A stretch of 28,262 bases of DNA. Origin: Phycisphaerae bacterium (GTDB taxonomy: Bacteria > Planctomycetota > Phycisphaerae > Sedimentisphaerales > SM23-30). This document shows, piece after piece, positions 18,201 to 26,258 of the stretch. Both the position numbers and the translations under genes were made by a program. The stretch covers positions 1 through 28,262 of the forward strand of contig JAIPFO010000001.1 in NCBI GenBank assembly GCA_021736565.1. The letters are read 5' to 3'. Under the pieces are notes generated by a model. That model did not search any database. It saw only the letters and a program-made list of their open reading frames with translations, and had not been told where the DNA came from. How positions within the stretch are numbered: position 1 is the first letter of the stretch; every line of letters begins with the position of its first letter.

Positions 18201-21098
18201 GATATTTCCGGCGAAGCGATCCTGATCGAAACCTATATCGTCGAACATGTGAATATTGAAAAAGTGACCGAACAACTCATGGAACTGGTTCCGGCACTTC
18301 GCAGCGACGAACCCAATAAAACCCCCGGAAAGCCTTCTTCGAATCGCACGAGCAGCACACCAACACGGTCAATGCCCGACGGGCTCAGAACGCCCTCCTC
18401 ATCCTCGTCGTCGTCACAAAGCAGTCGCTCACAAATGGTGAGCCCCTCCGAAGAGGGTCCATTATTGATCGCCGACCCCCGGACCTATCGGATTCTTGTC
18501 GTCGGAACCCAGGATCAGATTTCCCAGGTCGGTGACCTGCTGGTCATACTGGATGTGCCACTGAAAATTGAGATCCTGCCCTACCAGATGAAATATATCC
18601 CGGCAGACACTGCCGCTGAACAACTCAGCCAGTTATTGCAGGCCATTAACGTTGACGAGGACAGCTCGTCATCATCAGGCCGCCCAAAAACATCGCCTCA
18701 ATTAGTCGGACCGCCTCAGCCAGGTTCCCCGAGCAATCGCTCATCATTATCCTCGCGAAATCGCAGTTCTTCTTCCGGCCAGGGTGTCCAACTTGTCCAG
18801 GCCACCTCCAGCGGGCCCTATCTTCTGGCCGATGTAAGAACGAGTCGACTGATTATTATCGGTTCGGCACGTAAGGTCTCTGAGGCCCAGGAATTCCTCT
18901 CGCTACTGGATGTAAAAGTAGATCGTACGCTGGTATCACTACCGGTGAAACATGTCGAGCTTGAAACCATAACGAACCAGGTGGCCGATTTATTGGCGGT
19001 TTTGAACGAGCAGGAAGGCGCCGAGGCCTCTAGTAAGGGGTTATCCTCCTCGGGCCGCCGGTCGACACGAAGCAACACGACAGGGCGCACCGCGAACAGC
19101 GGTGGGATCACCGGGGGCATCACTCCCACCAATCAAACATCATCGTCCAGTAACAGTGTGGGCTCCTTGATCGAGATCATCCCGGCAGGGCCGTTTTTAC
19201 TGGCGAACGAACGAACCAGCCATCTGCTGGTGATCGGCAGTGTAAAACAGATCGAGCAGGTCCAGGATTTACTGAAGATGCTGGATGTTGACATGAACTT
19301 CAAACTCTACCCCGAGCAGATAACCAACGTTGCGGCCAGTGAGCTGGCCGGTCAGTTAGGAAACCTTATGGTATCGCTCACGGGTAAAGATCAAGTGTAT
19401 GGGGCCAGCTCCAGTGCCGGCAGTGCACGGAGCGGTTCCAGCCGAACGGGCAGTTCTACAAGCAGTCGAACCAATACCCCATCCGGGCAGACCATGATCA
19501 AAGTCACCGCCCAGGGCCCCTACCTGTTGCCCGATGACTCTACCAATCGATTACTGGTCGTAGCAACCGACAAACAGTATCAATCCGTCAAAGATTTACT
19601 GCCGGTATTGGATGTGTATAATGAATTCGGCCAGCGCCGATTGAAAACCTATCAGCCTAAATATGTCAATGCGACCGAAGTGATCAAGATACTGGATGAT
19701 TTGGGGATCACCAATAAGAAAGAATCAGGCGATATGCGACCGCGGGAGCGGGCGGGATTACTGGACAGGCCCGACCAGAGCGTCATTGCCGGCCAGCCCG
19801 GTGAAATGGCCTTTTTACCGGGAATGGAAGAACCGGATGTCTATGTCGCGGTACTGGAAACAATGAATAAGATTTTTGTCTACGGTCTGGAGTATCAGAT
19901 CAAGGGCATTGACGAGATCATGAAACATATCGACCTGGACCCCACCGATGCGTTTGGTCAATATGAGATCATTCCGCTGGAGAACCAGGATCCTGAATAT
20001 GTGTCCGATTGGCTCAGTGAGCTATTGGACACCGACCGCTATGAAAAGATCGGAGAGAACACGAAACTGGTTGACGGGGCGGAAGGCGCCCCGAAAATCG
20101 TTCCACTGGTCGAGATCTATTCGATCGGTGTTCGAGGTTCGGCCCGACAGCGAGAAGAGATCAAGAAGATAATCGACGTTCTGGACCGGCGAAAGCCCCA
20201 GGTCTTTGTTGAAGCAATTCTGGTACAATTAAATGAAAGTTCCGGGTTGAGCCTGGGCGTTCAGTTACAGGAAATATTTAAATCCGGCGGTGATAATATT
20301 TCGGTCCAGACCCCGTTTGGCTTCGGAGCGACGATGGGAACCAGTGGCGTTCTGAGCGGGTCCGGGTTAACGCTCGGTTATTATGATACAGATTTTGTCA
20401 AGGCCTCCATTGAAGCCATGGCGGATGAAGGCAATGGCAAAGTGGTCTCCATGCCCCGTATCACCGTGAATGACAATGAAGATGCGACGATGACCAGCGA
20501 ACGGGCAGAACCGACAACCGAGGTGGTGCTGCAGCCGGGTTCTGATACCACACGGGAAACCTTCAAAGGCTATGAAACCGCCGGGACAACACTGACGATT
20601 AAACCGCATATCAGTGAAGGTGATTTTCTGCAACTGGAGATCGGATTAAAGGTTGACAGCTTTGATGGAAAATCCCAGGGCAGTGTTCCGCCCCCCAAAA
20701 ACAGCAATGATATTAAAACAAATGTTACGGTTCCCAATAATATGATCGTTATCCTGGGTGGTTTGAAATCTCAGAACAATGGCACCTCGATAAGTAAAGT
20801 GCCTCTGCTGGGTGACCTGCCGCTTATCGGGTCACTGTTCAGAAGCGTCAACCATTCGGAGACCAGCGGTTATCTGTATGTGTTTGTCAAGGCCCAGATC
20901 ATTCGAAGTCCGGAAGATAAAAATAATCAAGCGGACTTTAGTGACCTGAAACGAATTTCCGAGAAAGCCTGGAACGAGAAAGAATCCCGAAAGATCAATT
21001 TCCGTGAGAAGCCGATCATTCCGGGTATCAAAATGAAAAAAGAAATGGATGACGAAGGCGACTCCAGCAGCCGGGAGACATTTTCCTCGCCCTACTAA
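15246..21098 (+). CDS. gspD: Giant type II secretion secretin (1950 aa): low-complexity N-terminus, N0, ~12 Secretin_N domains, secretin core, S-like tail
   Basis: N0 (DLQVLMEHVGKELQLNFLYD...LLEHVLQKAGF); repeated DERTNRLxxxGTxxQ...LD units; D..KPQVFVEA, MPRITVND, GTTLTIKPHI, IVILGGL, KVPLLGDLPLIGSLFR; directly upstream of gspE. Confidence 0.95.
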   Translation: MMNSNDYNMPESNKNASTNRKKFPIRPGHISRWLKSHQRLIVLGVVILSIMVWSGAGSIGAEENKSDNQDVIITDEDATPSAKETDDATNDDQKVESSNDMADANAIEEFSPEDLQMMELMERWAKSAEENPGSEESKDLEKQLESVMEKALQKSNPTQPDPVVLPPKKPVVKTQKNNPVKPPIKPNGTKPPVKPIKPVLPNKTTIKPTKSPILTTPTQTSTATTATPAAVNEDTDAKVDPFTPPVDPDSVQIKVKDDIIDLQVLMEHVGKELQLNFLYDSETYPVGKVRLQQYGKIPRNMLLPLLEHVLQKAGFSMVKDAPYIRIVKETDVIKSTPVFPSAHNNLSDASPESLVTHIVEIEYVQASQVKSALAQFTTSLITQIPESNILILTEYPNKLTRLLEIITFLDRAGPVSRMEVLHPKYLPVQDLQKKIETLMTALNAQQAVSSGGSSSVNTPTPNLSKMSPADRMKYIRDQRARKEAAAKAPGTSSTTATTKPLAAKMIAEPRTERLFVIGTDDQIAQVKHLSDLFDVPQPGPDIFLESLPMKHVEAKSVESQIKALFTELYEAKPDPAMGGSDARVPTPISRTPSRSTPSRSAPNPEPSLTGSSPSHGPFMLVDERVNRILIVASREMIDQVKDLLLVLDIPVPGAEFHLNVFEFEYLQAADAAEKLNKLLEALASQKTKEEPSPPTPPTPSSRTSISSRTPVKTPSESGFIKPGDEGPFMITDERTNRLLVVGTDEQVERIRDLLTLLDVPLPGGAIVIKQIKIQYVEAETVSGQLSELIEAINNPDKAKSDSSPSPTPPTSSRTSYPRPPSPGTTPQTKGFVKTGDMGPFMLVEERTNRLIIVGTEEQIVQVEELLGMLDIAGIQIRLDVVELKFVEAESVAGQIAELIEALNSGKPSQSSVKSGTSEGSQPSTPITPIRTSSSYRPPPQASPSKQLLKTSEGGPFLVTDGRTNRLLVVGTDDQIRQVHELLAVLDISGEAILIETYIVEHVNIEKVTEQLMELVPALRSDEPNKTPGKPSSNRTSSTPTRSMPDGLRTPSSSSSSSQSSRSQMVSPSEEGPLLIADPRTYRILVVGTQDQISQVGDLLVILDVPLKIEILPYQMKYIPADTAAEQLSQLLQAINVDEDSSSSSGRPKTSPQLVGPPQPGSPSNRSSLSSRNRSSSSGQGVQLVQATSSGPYLLADVRTSRLIIIGSARKVSEAQEFLSLLDVKVDRTLVSLPVKHVELETITNQVADLLAVLNEQEGAEASSKGLSSSGRRSTRSNTTGRTANSGGITGGITPTNQTSSSSNSVGSLIEIIPAGPFLLANERTSHLLVIGSVKQIEQVQDLLKMLDVDMNFKLYPEQITNVAASELAGQLGNLMVSLTGKDQVYGASSSAGSARSGSSRTGSSTSSRTNTPSGQTMIKVTAQGPYLLPDDSTNRLLVVATDKQYQSVKDLLPVLDVYNEFGQRRLKTYQPKYVNATEVIKILDDLGITNKKESGDMRPRERAGLLDRPDQSVIAGQPGEMAFLPGMEEPDVYVAVLETMNKIFVYGLEYQIKGIDEIMKHIDLDPTDAFGQYEIIPLENQDPEYVSDWLSELLDTDRYEKIGENTKLVDGAEGAPKIVPLVEIYSIGVRGSARQREEIKKIIDVLDRRKPQVFVEAILVQLNESSGLSLGVQLQEIFKSGGDNISVQTPFGFGATMGTSGVLSGSGLTLGYYDTDFVKASIEAMADEGNGKVVSMPRITVNDNEDATMTSERAEPTTEVVLQPGSDTTRETFKGYETAGTTLTIKPHISEGDFLQLEIGLKVDSFDGKSQGSVPPPKNSNDIKTNVTVPNNMIVILGGLKSQNNGTSISKVPLLGDLPLIGSLFRSVNHSETSGYLYVFVKAQIIRSPEDKNNQADFSDLKRISEKAWNEKESRKINFREKPIIPGIKMKKEMDDEGDSSSRETFSSPY

Positions 21099-21111
21099 TA
21101 AGAAATGCTTA

Positions 21112-21192
21112 CGCGTCCAAAGTTAATTTTGAATTCCGTGTCCATTTTGTATTGATGATCATTTTATACGACGCGAAGAATGGACTTCAAAA
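21112..21192 (-). repeat. Intergenic repeat, copy E (inverted, with ~17-bp insertion)
   Basis: Reverse complement reads ttttgaagtccattcttcgcgtcgtataaaatgat...ttaactttggacgcg. Confidence 0.75.
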
Positions 21193-21223
21193 CCACTGAG
21201 AACCTGGCGCCAAGAAGGAACTT

Positions 21224-22942
21224 ATGAAAGAACAGTTACTTGAGATAGCTCGCACGAAGCAGATATTAGACGCGGAGATGTTGGAGCATTTCATAACCCA
21301 ATATGAATCGACCCAGAGGGGCGATCATGATGGCGATGGAGAGACTCTGGACGCGGCCCTGCTGCGTTCGGGCCATTTCACCGAAGATGAGATCTTGCGA
21401 CTTTTTGGCGAATACCTGGAGATCCCCTTCCTGGAGCAGATCCAGCCGGCGATGGTCCCCGCGCATTTTGTCACGTCGGTCCCGTCCAATTACGCGCACC
21501 ATCATCACCTGGTGGCGACCGACCAGAACGATTCGACGATGACGATAGCGGTCTGCAAACCGTTGAGTTTGTATCCGCTGGACAATGTCGCCAAGATGGT
21601 CGGCCGGGCGGTCTCACCGGCCCTGGCGACCAAGGCCACGATCAATACCGCGATTAACGCCGCCTACGAACAGCGAACGACGGTATTGGAAGATGTGGCT
21701 GGTGATGTCGATAGCCATAGCCTGGAAGGGCTGCTGGGCGACGCCTCGAATTCCGAAGACCTTCTTGATGTCGTTAATCGTCCGCCCGTGATTCGCCTGG
21801 TCAATGACATCTTGTTTAAAGCCCTCCAGATGCGCACCAGTGATGTCCATATTCACCCGTTTGAACAGCGGGTCGTCATCCGCTATCGCATCGACGGCTT
21901 GCTCTATGACATGCTCACGCTGGATTATCGTACCCTCCCGGTCATTGTCTCACGTATTAAGGTGATGGCAGGGATGGATGTTGCCGAACGTCGCATGCCG
22001 CAGGATGGCCGGTGCAGTGTGCGGATCGGACCGCGGGAGATCGACCTGCGTGTCAGTACCGTGCCGACGGCCTATGGTGAACGGACGGTGCTGCGTCTGC
22101 TGGATAAAAGCTCCGGGGTGTATAACTTGAAGGACTTGGGGCTGGGCGAATCGGAGTTTGGCCGGATTGATGAATTGATCAAACGGCCGCACGGTATTTT
22201 CTTTGTCACCGGTCCGACCGGCAGCGGTAAAACGACCACACTCTACAGTTTTCTACAGCGAATTGATTCGACGACAAAAAATATTATTACCGTCGAAGAC
22301 CCGATCGAATATCAGCTTGACGGGATCAGCCAGATCCAGGTGGCCACCAAAAAAGGAATGACCTTTATCACCGCCCTGCGTCATGTCCTGCGACAGGACC
22401 CCGATGTCATTATGATCGGTGAAGTCCGTGACGAAGAAACCGCTCGCATGGTGATCCAGTCGTCCCTGACCGGCCACCTGGTGTTCAGCACGCTCCACAC
22501 CAACGACGCTTCCGGCGCGGTCACGCGTCTTCTGGATTTCGGGGTGGAACCCTACCTGGTGGCCTCCTCCGTCGCGGGTGTATTGGCCCAGCGGCTCGTG
22601 CGGCGACTATGCCCTCATTGCAAAGAAATAATCCCATCGGATTCAAAACAAATCCAGAAGCTGGGACTCAGTCATGCGGGATTTGAGAAAGTCTACCACA
22701 GCAAAGGCTGTGACAAGTGCTTCCAGACGGGCTACATGGGGCGAACGGGGATATATGAACTCATGACGATCAATGACGACATACGTCAGGGCATCTATCA
22801 GCGGGGCACCGCCGGTGCGATAAAAAAATCGGCGATTGAAGCGGGCATGACCACGCTGAGAATGGATGGCCTTCGAAAAGTGGAAGAAGGCGTGACGTCC
22901 CTGGAGGAAGTTTTACGCATAGCACAATCGGATGACGTCTGA
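21224..22942 (+). CDS. gspE: Type II secretion ATPase GspE/PulE
   Basis: SDVHIHP, RYRIDG, DVAERRMPQDG, Walker A GPTGSGKTT, TVEDPIEY, LRQDPDVIMIGEVRD, STLHTNDA, tetracysteine CPHC...CDKC. Confidence 0.96.
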   Translation: MKEQLLEIARTKQILDAEMLEHFITQYESTQRGDHDGDGETLDAALLRSGHFTEDEILRLFGEYLEIPFLEQIQPAMVPAHFVTSVPSNYAHHHHLVATDQNDSTMTIAVCKPLSLYPLDNVAKMVGRAVSPALATKATINTAINAAYEQRTTVLEDVAGDVDSHSLEGLLGDASNSEDLLDVVNRPPVIRLVNDILFKALQMRTSDVHIHPFEQRVVIRYRIDGLLYDMLTLDYRTLPVIVSRIKVMAGMDVAERRMPQDGRCSVRIGPREIDLRVSTVPTAYGERTVLRLLDKSSGVYNLKDLGLGESEFGRIDELIKRPHGIFFVTGPTGSGKTTTLYSFLQRIDSTTKNIITVEDPIEYQLDGISQIQVATKKGMTFITALRHVLRQDPDVIMIGEVRDEETARMVIQSSLTGHLVFSTLHTNDASGAVTRLLDFGVEPYLVASSVAGVLAQRLVRRLCPHCKEIIPSDSKQIQKLGLSHAGFEKVYHSKGCDKCFQTGYMGRTGIYELMTINDDIRQGIYQRGTAGAIKKSAIEAGMTTLRMDGLRKVEEGVTSLEEVLRIAQSDDV

Positions 22943-22957
22943 CCCCATCGTCCTAAG

Positions 22958-22972
22958 TCAACTTTTGACGCG
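22958..22972 (+). repeat. Right-end fragment of the intergenic repeat (copy F)
   Basis: tcaacttttgacgcg, 13 bp before the gspF ATG; identical to the end of copy D2. Confidence 0.7.
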
Positions 22973-22985
22973 AGAGTTAATTATT

Positions 22986-24206
22986 ATGCCAACCTTTGAA
23001 TACATCGCTTTAGATCGTCAGGGAAAACAGGTTCGCGGCAGCATCGCCGCTGAATCGGCTTCCGCTGCGCGCAAACTGATGCGGACCCGGCAGCTGCATA
23101 CCAAAAAGCTGCGGTCTGTCAGCGAGGCATCCCACAGCGGCAGCTTTGAACTGGGCCAGTTATTCAGCAGTAAACGCCGGCGAATGGTCTTGGAGTTCAC
23201 CAAGCAATTGGCCACGATGATCAAGGCGGATGTCAAATTGACCGAATCGCTGGGGGTCATGATCGCGCAATCCACCGATCCAAAGTTCACCCAGATATTG
23301 CAGAATATCCGTGACCAGCTTCTCTCGGGTGAAAACCTGGCCGATGGGCTCAGGGAATATCCCGGTTGGTTTGACACGATCTATGTCTCGATGGTGCGGG
23401 TCGGTGAAGCGACAGGCAACCTGGGCCGATCGCTGAATCTGCTGAGCGAATATATCGGTAAACGCCAGAAACTGGAAACCAAGGTCAAATCGGCCCTGAC
23501 CTATCCGGCGGTACTGGTGGTGATCTGTCTCCTGGCCACCGTGTTTTTAATGACAGTCGTTGTACCGAAGCTGGCGAAGATTATTATCAGTAGCGGTAAG
23601 GAACTACCCGCCGTGACACAAATCATGATGAATACCAGTAATTTTCTGATTAGCTGGTGGTGGCTGGTACTTATCGCCCTGGCGTTTGGCAGCTGGATGT
23701 TACGACAATTTATCCGATCGAACAAAGGCCGGACCCTGTTTGACCGGTTGATATTGAGAATACCGGTTATTGGCGAATTGATGCGTCAGAGTATTGTCGC
23801 ACGATTTTCATCGACGCTTGCCGCACTGATTCGCAGCGGGATGCCGATTGCCGACAGTCTCAAGATCGTCGCCGATGTCACAGGTAATACGATCATGAAT
23901 AAAGCGGTTCGCGAGGCGCGGGATCGCATTATCGGCGGGGCCGATATCGCCACACCTCTCCGTGAAAGTAAAGTCGTCGGACCGGCGGTGGCCCATATGA
24001 TCTCGGTGGGCGAGCGATCGGGCGAATTGGAATCCATGCTCGTTACCGTTGCCAAGGATATCGAAGAAGCGACCGATGAGACGGTTCAGCGGATCAGCTC
24101 GGTGATCGAACCGGTGATCATTGTTGTCATGGCAGTCGTTGTCGGGCTGATTATTTACTCGATTGTCCTGCCGATCATGCAGGTGTCCGATATTGGAGGG
24201 ATATAA
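22986..24206 (+). CDS. gspF: Type II secretion inner-membrane platform protein GspF/PilC
   Basis: MPTFEYIALDRQGKQVRGSIAAES, FTKQLATM, MVRVGEATGNL, ALTYP, MISVGERSGEL, SVIEP. Start moved from 22932 to ATG 22986. Confidence 0.95.
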   Translation: MPTFEYIALDRQGKQVRGSIAAESASAARKLMRTRQLHTKKLRSVSEASHSGSFELGQLFSSKRRRMVLEFTKQLATMIKADVKLTESLGVMIAQSTDPKFTQILQNIRDQLLSGENLADGLREYPGWFDTIYVSMVRVGEATGNLGRSLNLLSEYIGKRQKLETKVKSALTYPAVLVVICLLATVFLMTVVVPKLAKIIISSGKELPAVTQIMMNTSNFLISWWWLVLIALAFGSWMLRQFIRSNKGRTLFDRLILRIPVIGELMRQSIVARFSSTLAALIRSGMPIADSLKIVADVTGNTIMNKAVREARDRIIGGADIATPLRESKVVGPAVAHMISVGERSGELESMLVTVAKDIEEATDETVQRISSVIEPVIIVVMAVVVGLIIYSIVLPIMQVSDIGGI

Positions 24207-24224
24207 AGCACAAGAAAACAAACG

Positions 24225-24268
24225 CGTACTCACGCGAATGCGTACTTCCGTACTTTTTAGATCGTACT
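24225..24268. repeat. Four spaced CGTACT hexamers between gspF and gspG
   Basis: cgtact at 24225, 24241, 24249 and 24263. Confidence 0.5.
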
Positions 24269-24397
24269 TGATTCAATGCGTTATCTCGCGGGCATGAATT
24301 TGTGTACAAAAAAAGTGCGAAATTCAACCGAATGAACCTTAAGGAATATGAAACCATGAAATATAACAGACACATTTTATTTTGTAAGGAGTTTTTG

Positions 24398-24859
24398 ATG
24401 ATGAGAAAGACAGTTACTTTAAGCAAGGACCGGAACCGTGCGGGTTTCAGTCTGGTAGAATTAATGGTGGTCATTGTGATCATCGGGCTACTGGCCGGCG
24501 TGGTCGGGGTGAATGTTATTGACATGATTTACAAAGGGAAAGTCGGCGCGGCCAAAGCACAGATGGCAACTTTCGAAACAGGTATTGATAATTTCAAAAT
24601 CGATACCGGCCAATACCCCGTGGAATTAGCGGAATTGGCCAATCCGGGAGACATCACCGGTGCCAGCCCGACCGGATACCTCAAAGGTGCCACCGAAATT
24701 CCCCTGGACCCATGGAACAATGAATATGTTTATGAACTGACCGGGGACAGTATCACACCCTATACCTTGTATTGTACCGGAGCCGATGGCATGGATGGCG
24801 CCGAAAATGAAGAAGGTCGCGACTTCAATGTTAAAGGTTACCTGGATGCTGTCGAGTAA
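24398..24859 (+). CDS. gspG: Major pseudopilin GspG
   Basis: AG|FSLVELMVVIVIIGLLAG, NFKIDTGQYP, PLDPWNNEYVY, GADG; TAAGGAG RBS before ATG 24398. Confidence 0.95.
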   Translation: MMRKTVTLSKDRNRAGFSLVELMVVIVIIGLLAGVVGVNVIDMIYKGKVGAAKAQMATFETGIDNFKIDTGQYPVELAELANPGDITGASPTGYLKGATEIPLDPWNNEYVYELTGDSITPYTLYCTGADGMDGAENEEGRDFNVKGYLDAVE

Positions 24860-24891
24860 ACATTACGCCGTGAACACCATGGACGTCTCCA

Positions 24892-25470
24892 ATGCTGATG
24901 GGCAGAATAACAATGACAATCCCAAAAAGTAAAACCTTTCGCCAGTGTTCCCCCAGCGGCTACGTTCTGGTGGAACTGGCGGTTGTCATTACCCTGATGG
25001 CCCTGTTAGTCGGGATTGTCGTGGTTCCCTCTGTTGGCCCGATACGCCGGGCCAGAGTCCATGACGATATTTCAAAATTTTGCCAGACGCTGCGATTGGT
25101 GGCCGAAGAGGCCGTGCTGCAAAACCGTCGGTTCACGATCGTGATCGATGTGACCAACGGCTATTACAACGTCTATGAAGAAAAGGCTAAAACCGATTAT
25201 GACATGTATGACGAACCGGTACTCGGCCAGGGAAGCCTGGATATCAGCTACATTGAGCAGGCCGTTTTCCAGGATGGCAAACACACGCTCTCAGGGAATA
25301 TGGAACTCAAAGCAACCCCGAACGGCTGGCAACAGTCGGTTCTGCTTGACCTGATAGATGACCGGATGGAGCAGCCCCATTACATCCGCTTTGACCAGGG
25401 GACCACCCGGGTCATGGTATCACGGCAGAAGCTGGAATTACCCGCGGTGAAGAAAGACCTATCGCTTTGA
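24892..25470 (+). CDS. gspH: Minor pseudopilin GspH-like
   Basis: SG|YVLVELAVVITLMALLVG followed by ...LRLVAEEAVLQ; follows gspG. Start uncertain (24892, 24898 or 24913). Confidence 0.8.
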   Translation: MLMGRITMTIPKSKTFRQCSPSGYVLVELAVVITLMALLVGIVVVPSVGPIRRARVHDDISKFCQTLRLVAEEAVLQNRRFTIVIDVTNGYYNVYEEKAKTDYDMYDEPVLGQGSLDISYIEQAVFQDGKHTLSGNMELKATPNGWQQSVLLDLIDDRMEQPHYIRFDQGTTRVMVSRQKLELPAVKKDLSL

Positions 25471-25503
25471 ATAACGGACCATCGAATGCCCGTGTGATAA
25501 ATA

Positions 25504-26256
25504 ATGACGCGAACAGATGTTACAACTAAAAATACCGCCAACGTGAGTGCCGAAACTCACCGCGGCCACCAGCGACCCGGCTTTACGCTGATAGAAGCGG
25601 TGGCGGCCATGTTCATTTTGACGCTGGCGATGACAGGGATCATCGTAGCCTATCATCGCACTTTGGAGTCCGTGGGTGAGCAGATCCTCCGGGAACGGGC
25701 ACTGGCCGTGGCACAACGCCATATGGAGTCTCTCCTGGGCACCCTGGAAGAACCCAACAGTATTGTCACGTCGGGGCATGATAAGATCGACCCGTTTTTC
25801 AACTGGAAGATGGAACTGAAACGGATCGCCGTAGGCGAAAAAAAGGCCCGTTCCGATGGGGCCAATACGGTGATCAGTGCCCGGGTGACCGTCTCGTGTG
25901 ACCGGGAAGGCGCCAAATCGTTTAAGCCGATATCCCTGACACGGTATTTTTCCAAACTCAAACCCACAGAAGGTAATGCCATAGCGGTGCCCCTGGAAAT
26001 GGAGATGCCCGAAGATGAACAATGGTATCAGGATCTGGAAAAAGAACTGGGGCGCAAGCCGACCCCGGACGACATCATGGCCCATTTTCTAAAAACGATG
26101 ATCGCCCCCAACGACAATGACCGGGACGCGGATAATAGACGGACAGAAAAGGACGATGGGGCAGGCCGTAATAAGGATAATGGCGAAAGTGATGTGTTTA
26201 ATAAAAAAATCGAGGTATTGAACGAAGAAGACCTTCTGAAATTATTGCAGGAATAA
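25504..26256 (+). CDS. gspI: Minor pseudopilin GspI-like with long charged C-terminal extension
   Basis: PG|FTLIEAVAAMFILTLAMTGII...ERALAVAQRHME...FNWKMEL; position between H and J. Confidence 0.75.
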   Translation: MTRTDVTTKNTANVSAETHRGHQRPGFTLIEAVAAMFILTLAMTGIIVAYHRTLESVGEQILRERALAVAQRHMESLLGTLEEPNSIVTSGHDKIDPFFNWKMELKRIAVGEKKARSDGANTVISARVTVSCDREGAKSFKPISLTRYFSKLKPTEGNAIAVPLEMEMPEDEQWYQDLEKELGRKPTPDDIMAHFLKTMIAPNDNDRDADNRRTEKDDGAGRNKDNGESDVFNKKIEVLNEEDLLKLLQE

Positions 26257-26258
26257 CG

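Noticed and set aside
21224-21420. c-di-GMP-binding MshEN motif in the GspE N-terminus
   Set aside because: The RLGxxL motifs are not conserved (MKEQLL..., TLDAALL...), so binding cannot be claimed.
9461-22972. Intergenic repeats as a CRISPR array or integron attC sites
   Set aside because: Spacing is irregular and gene-sized, copies are only about 75% identical, and no cas or intI gene is present. They lack RYYYAAC/GTTRRRY ends and flank core operon genes.
25459-26085. 208-aa minus-strand ORF and similar shadows inside gspD-gspK
   Set aside because: Antisense to well-supported T2SS genes, with no recognisable domains.
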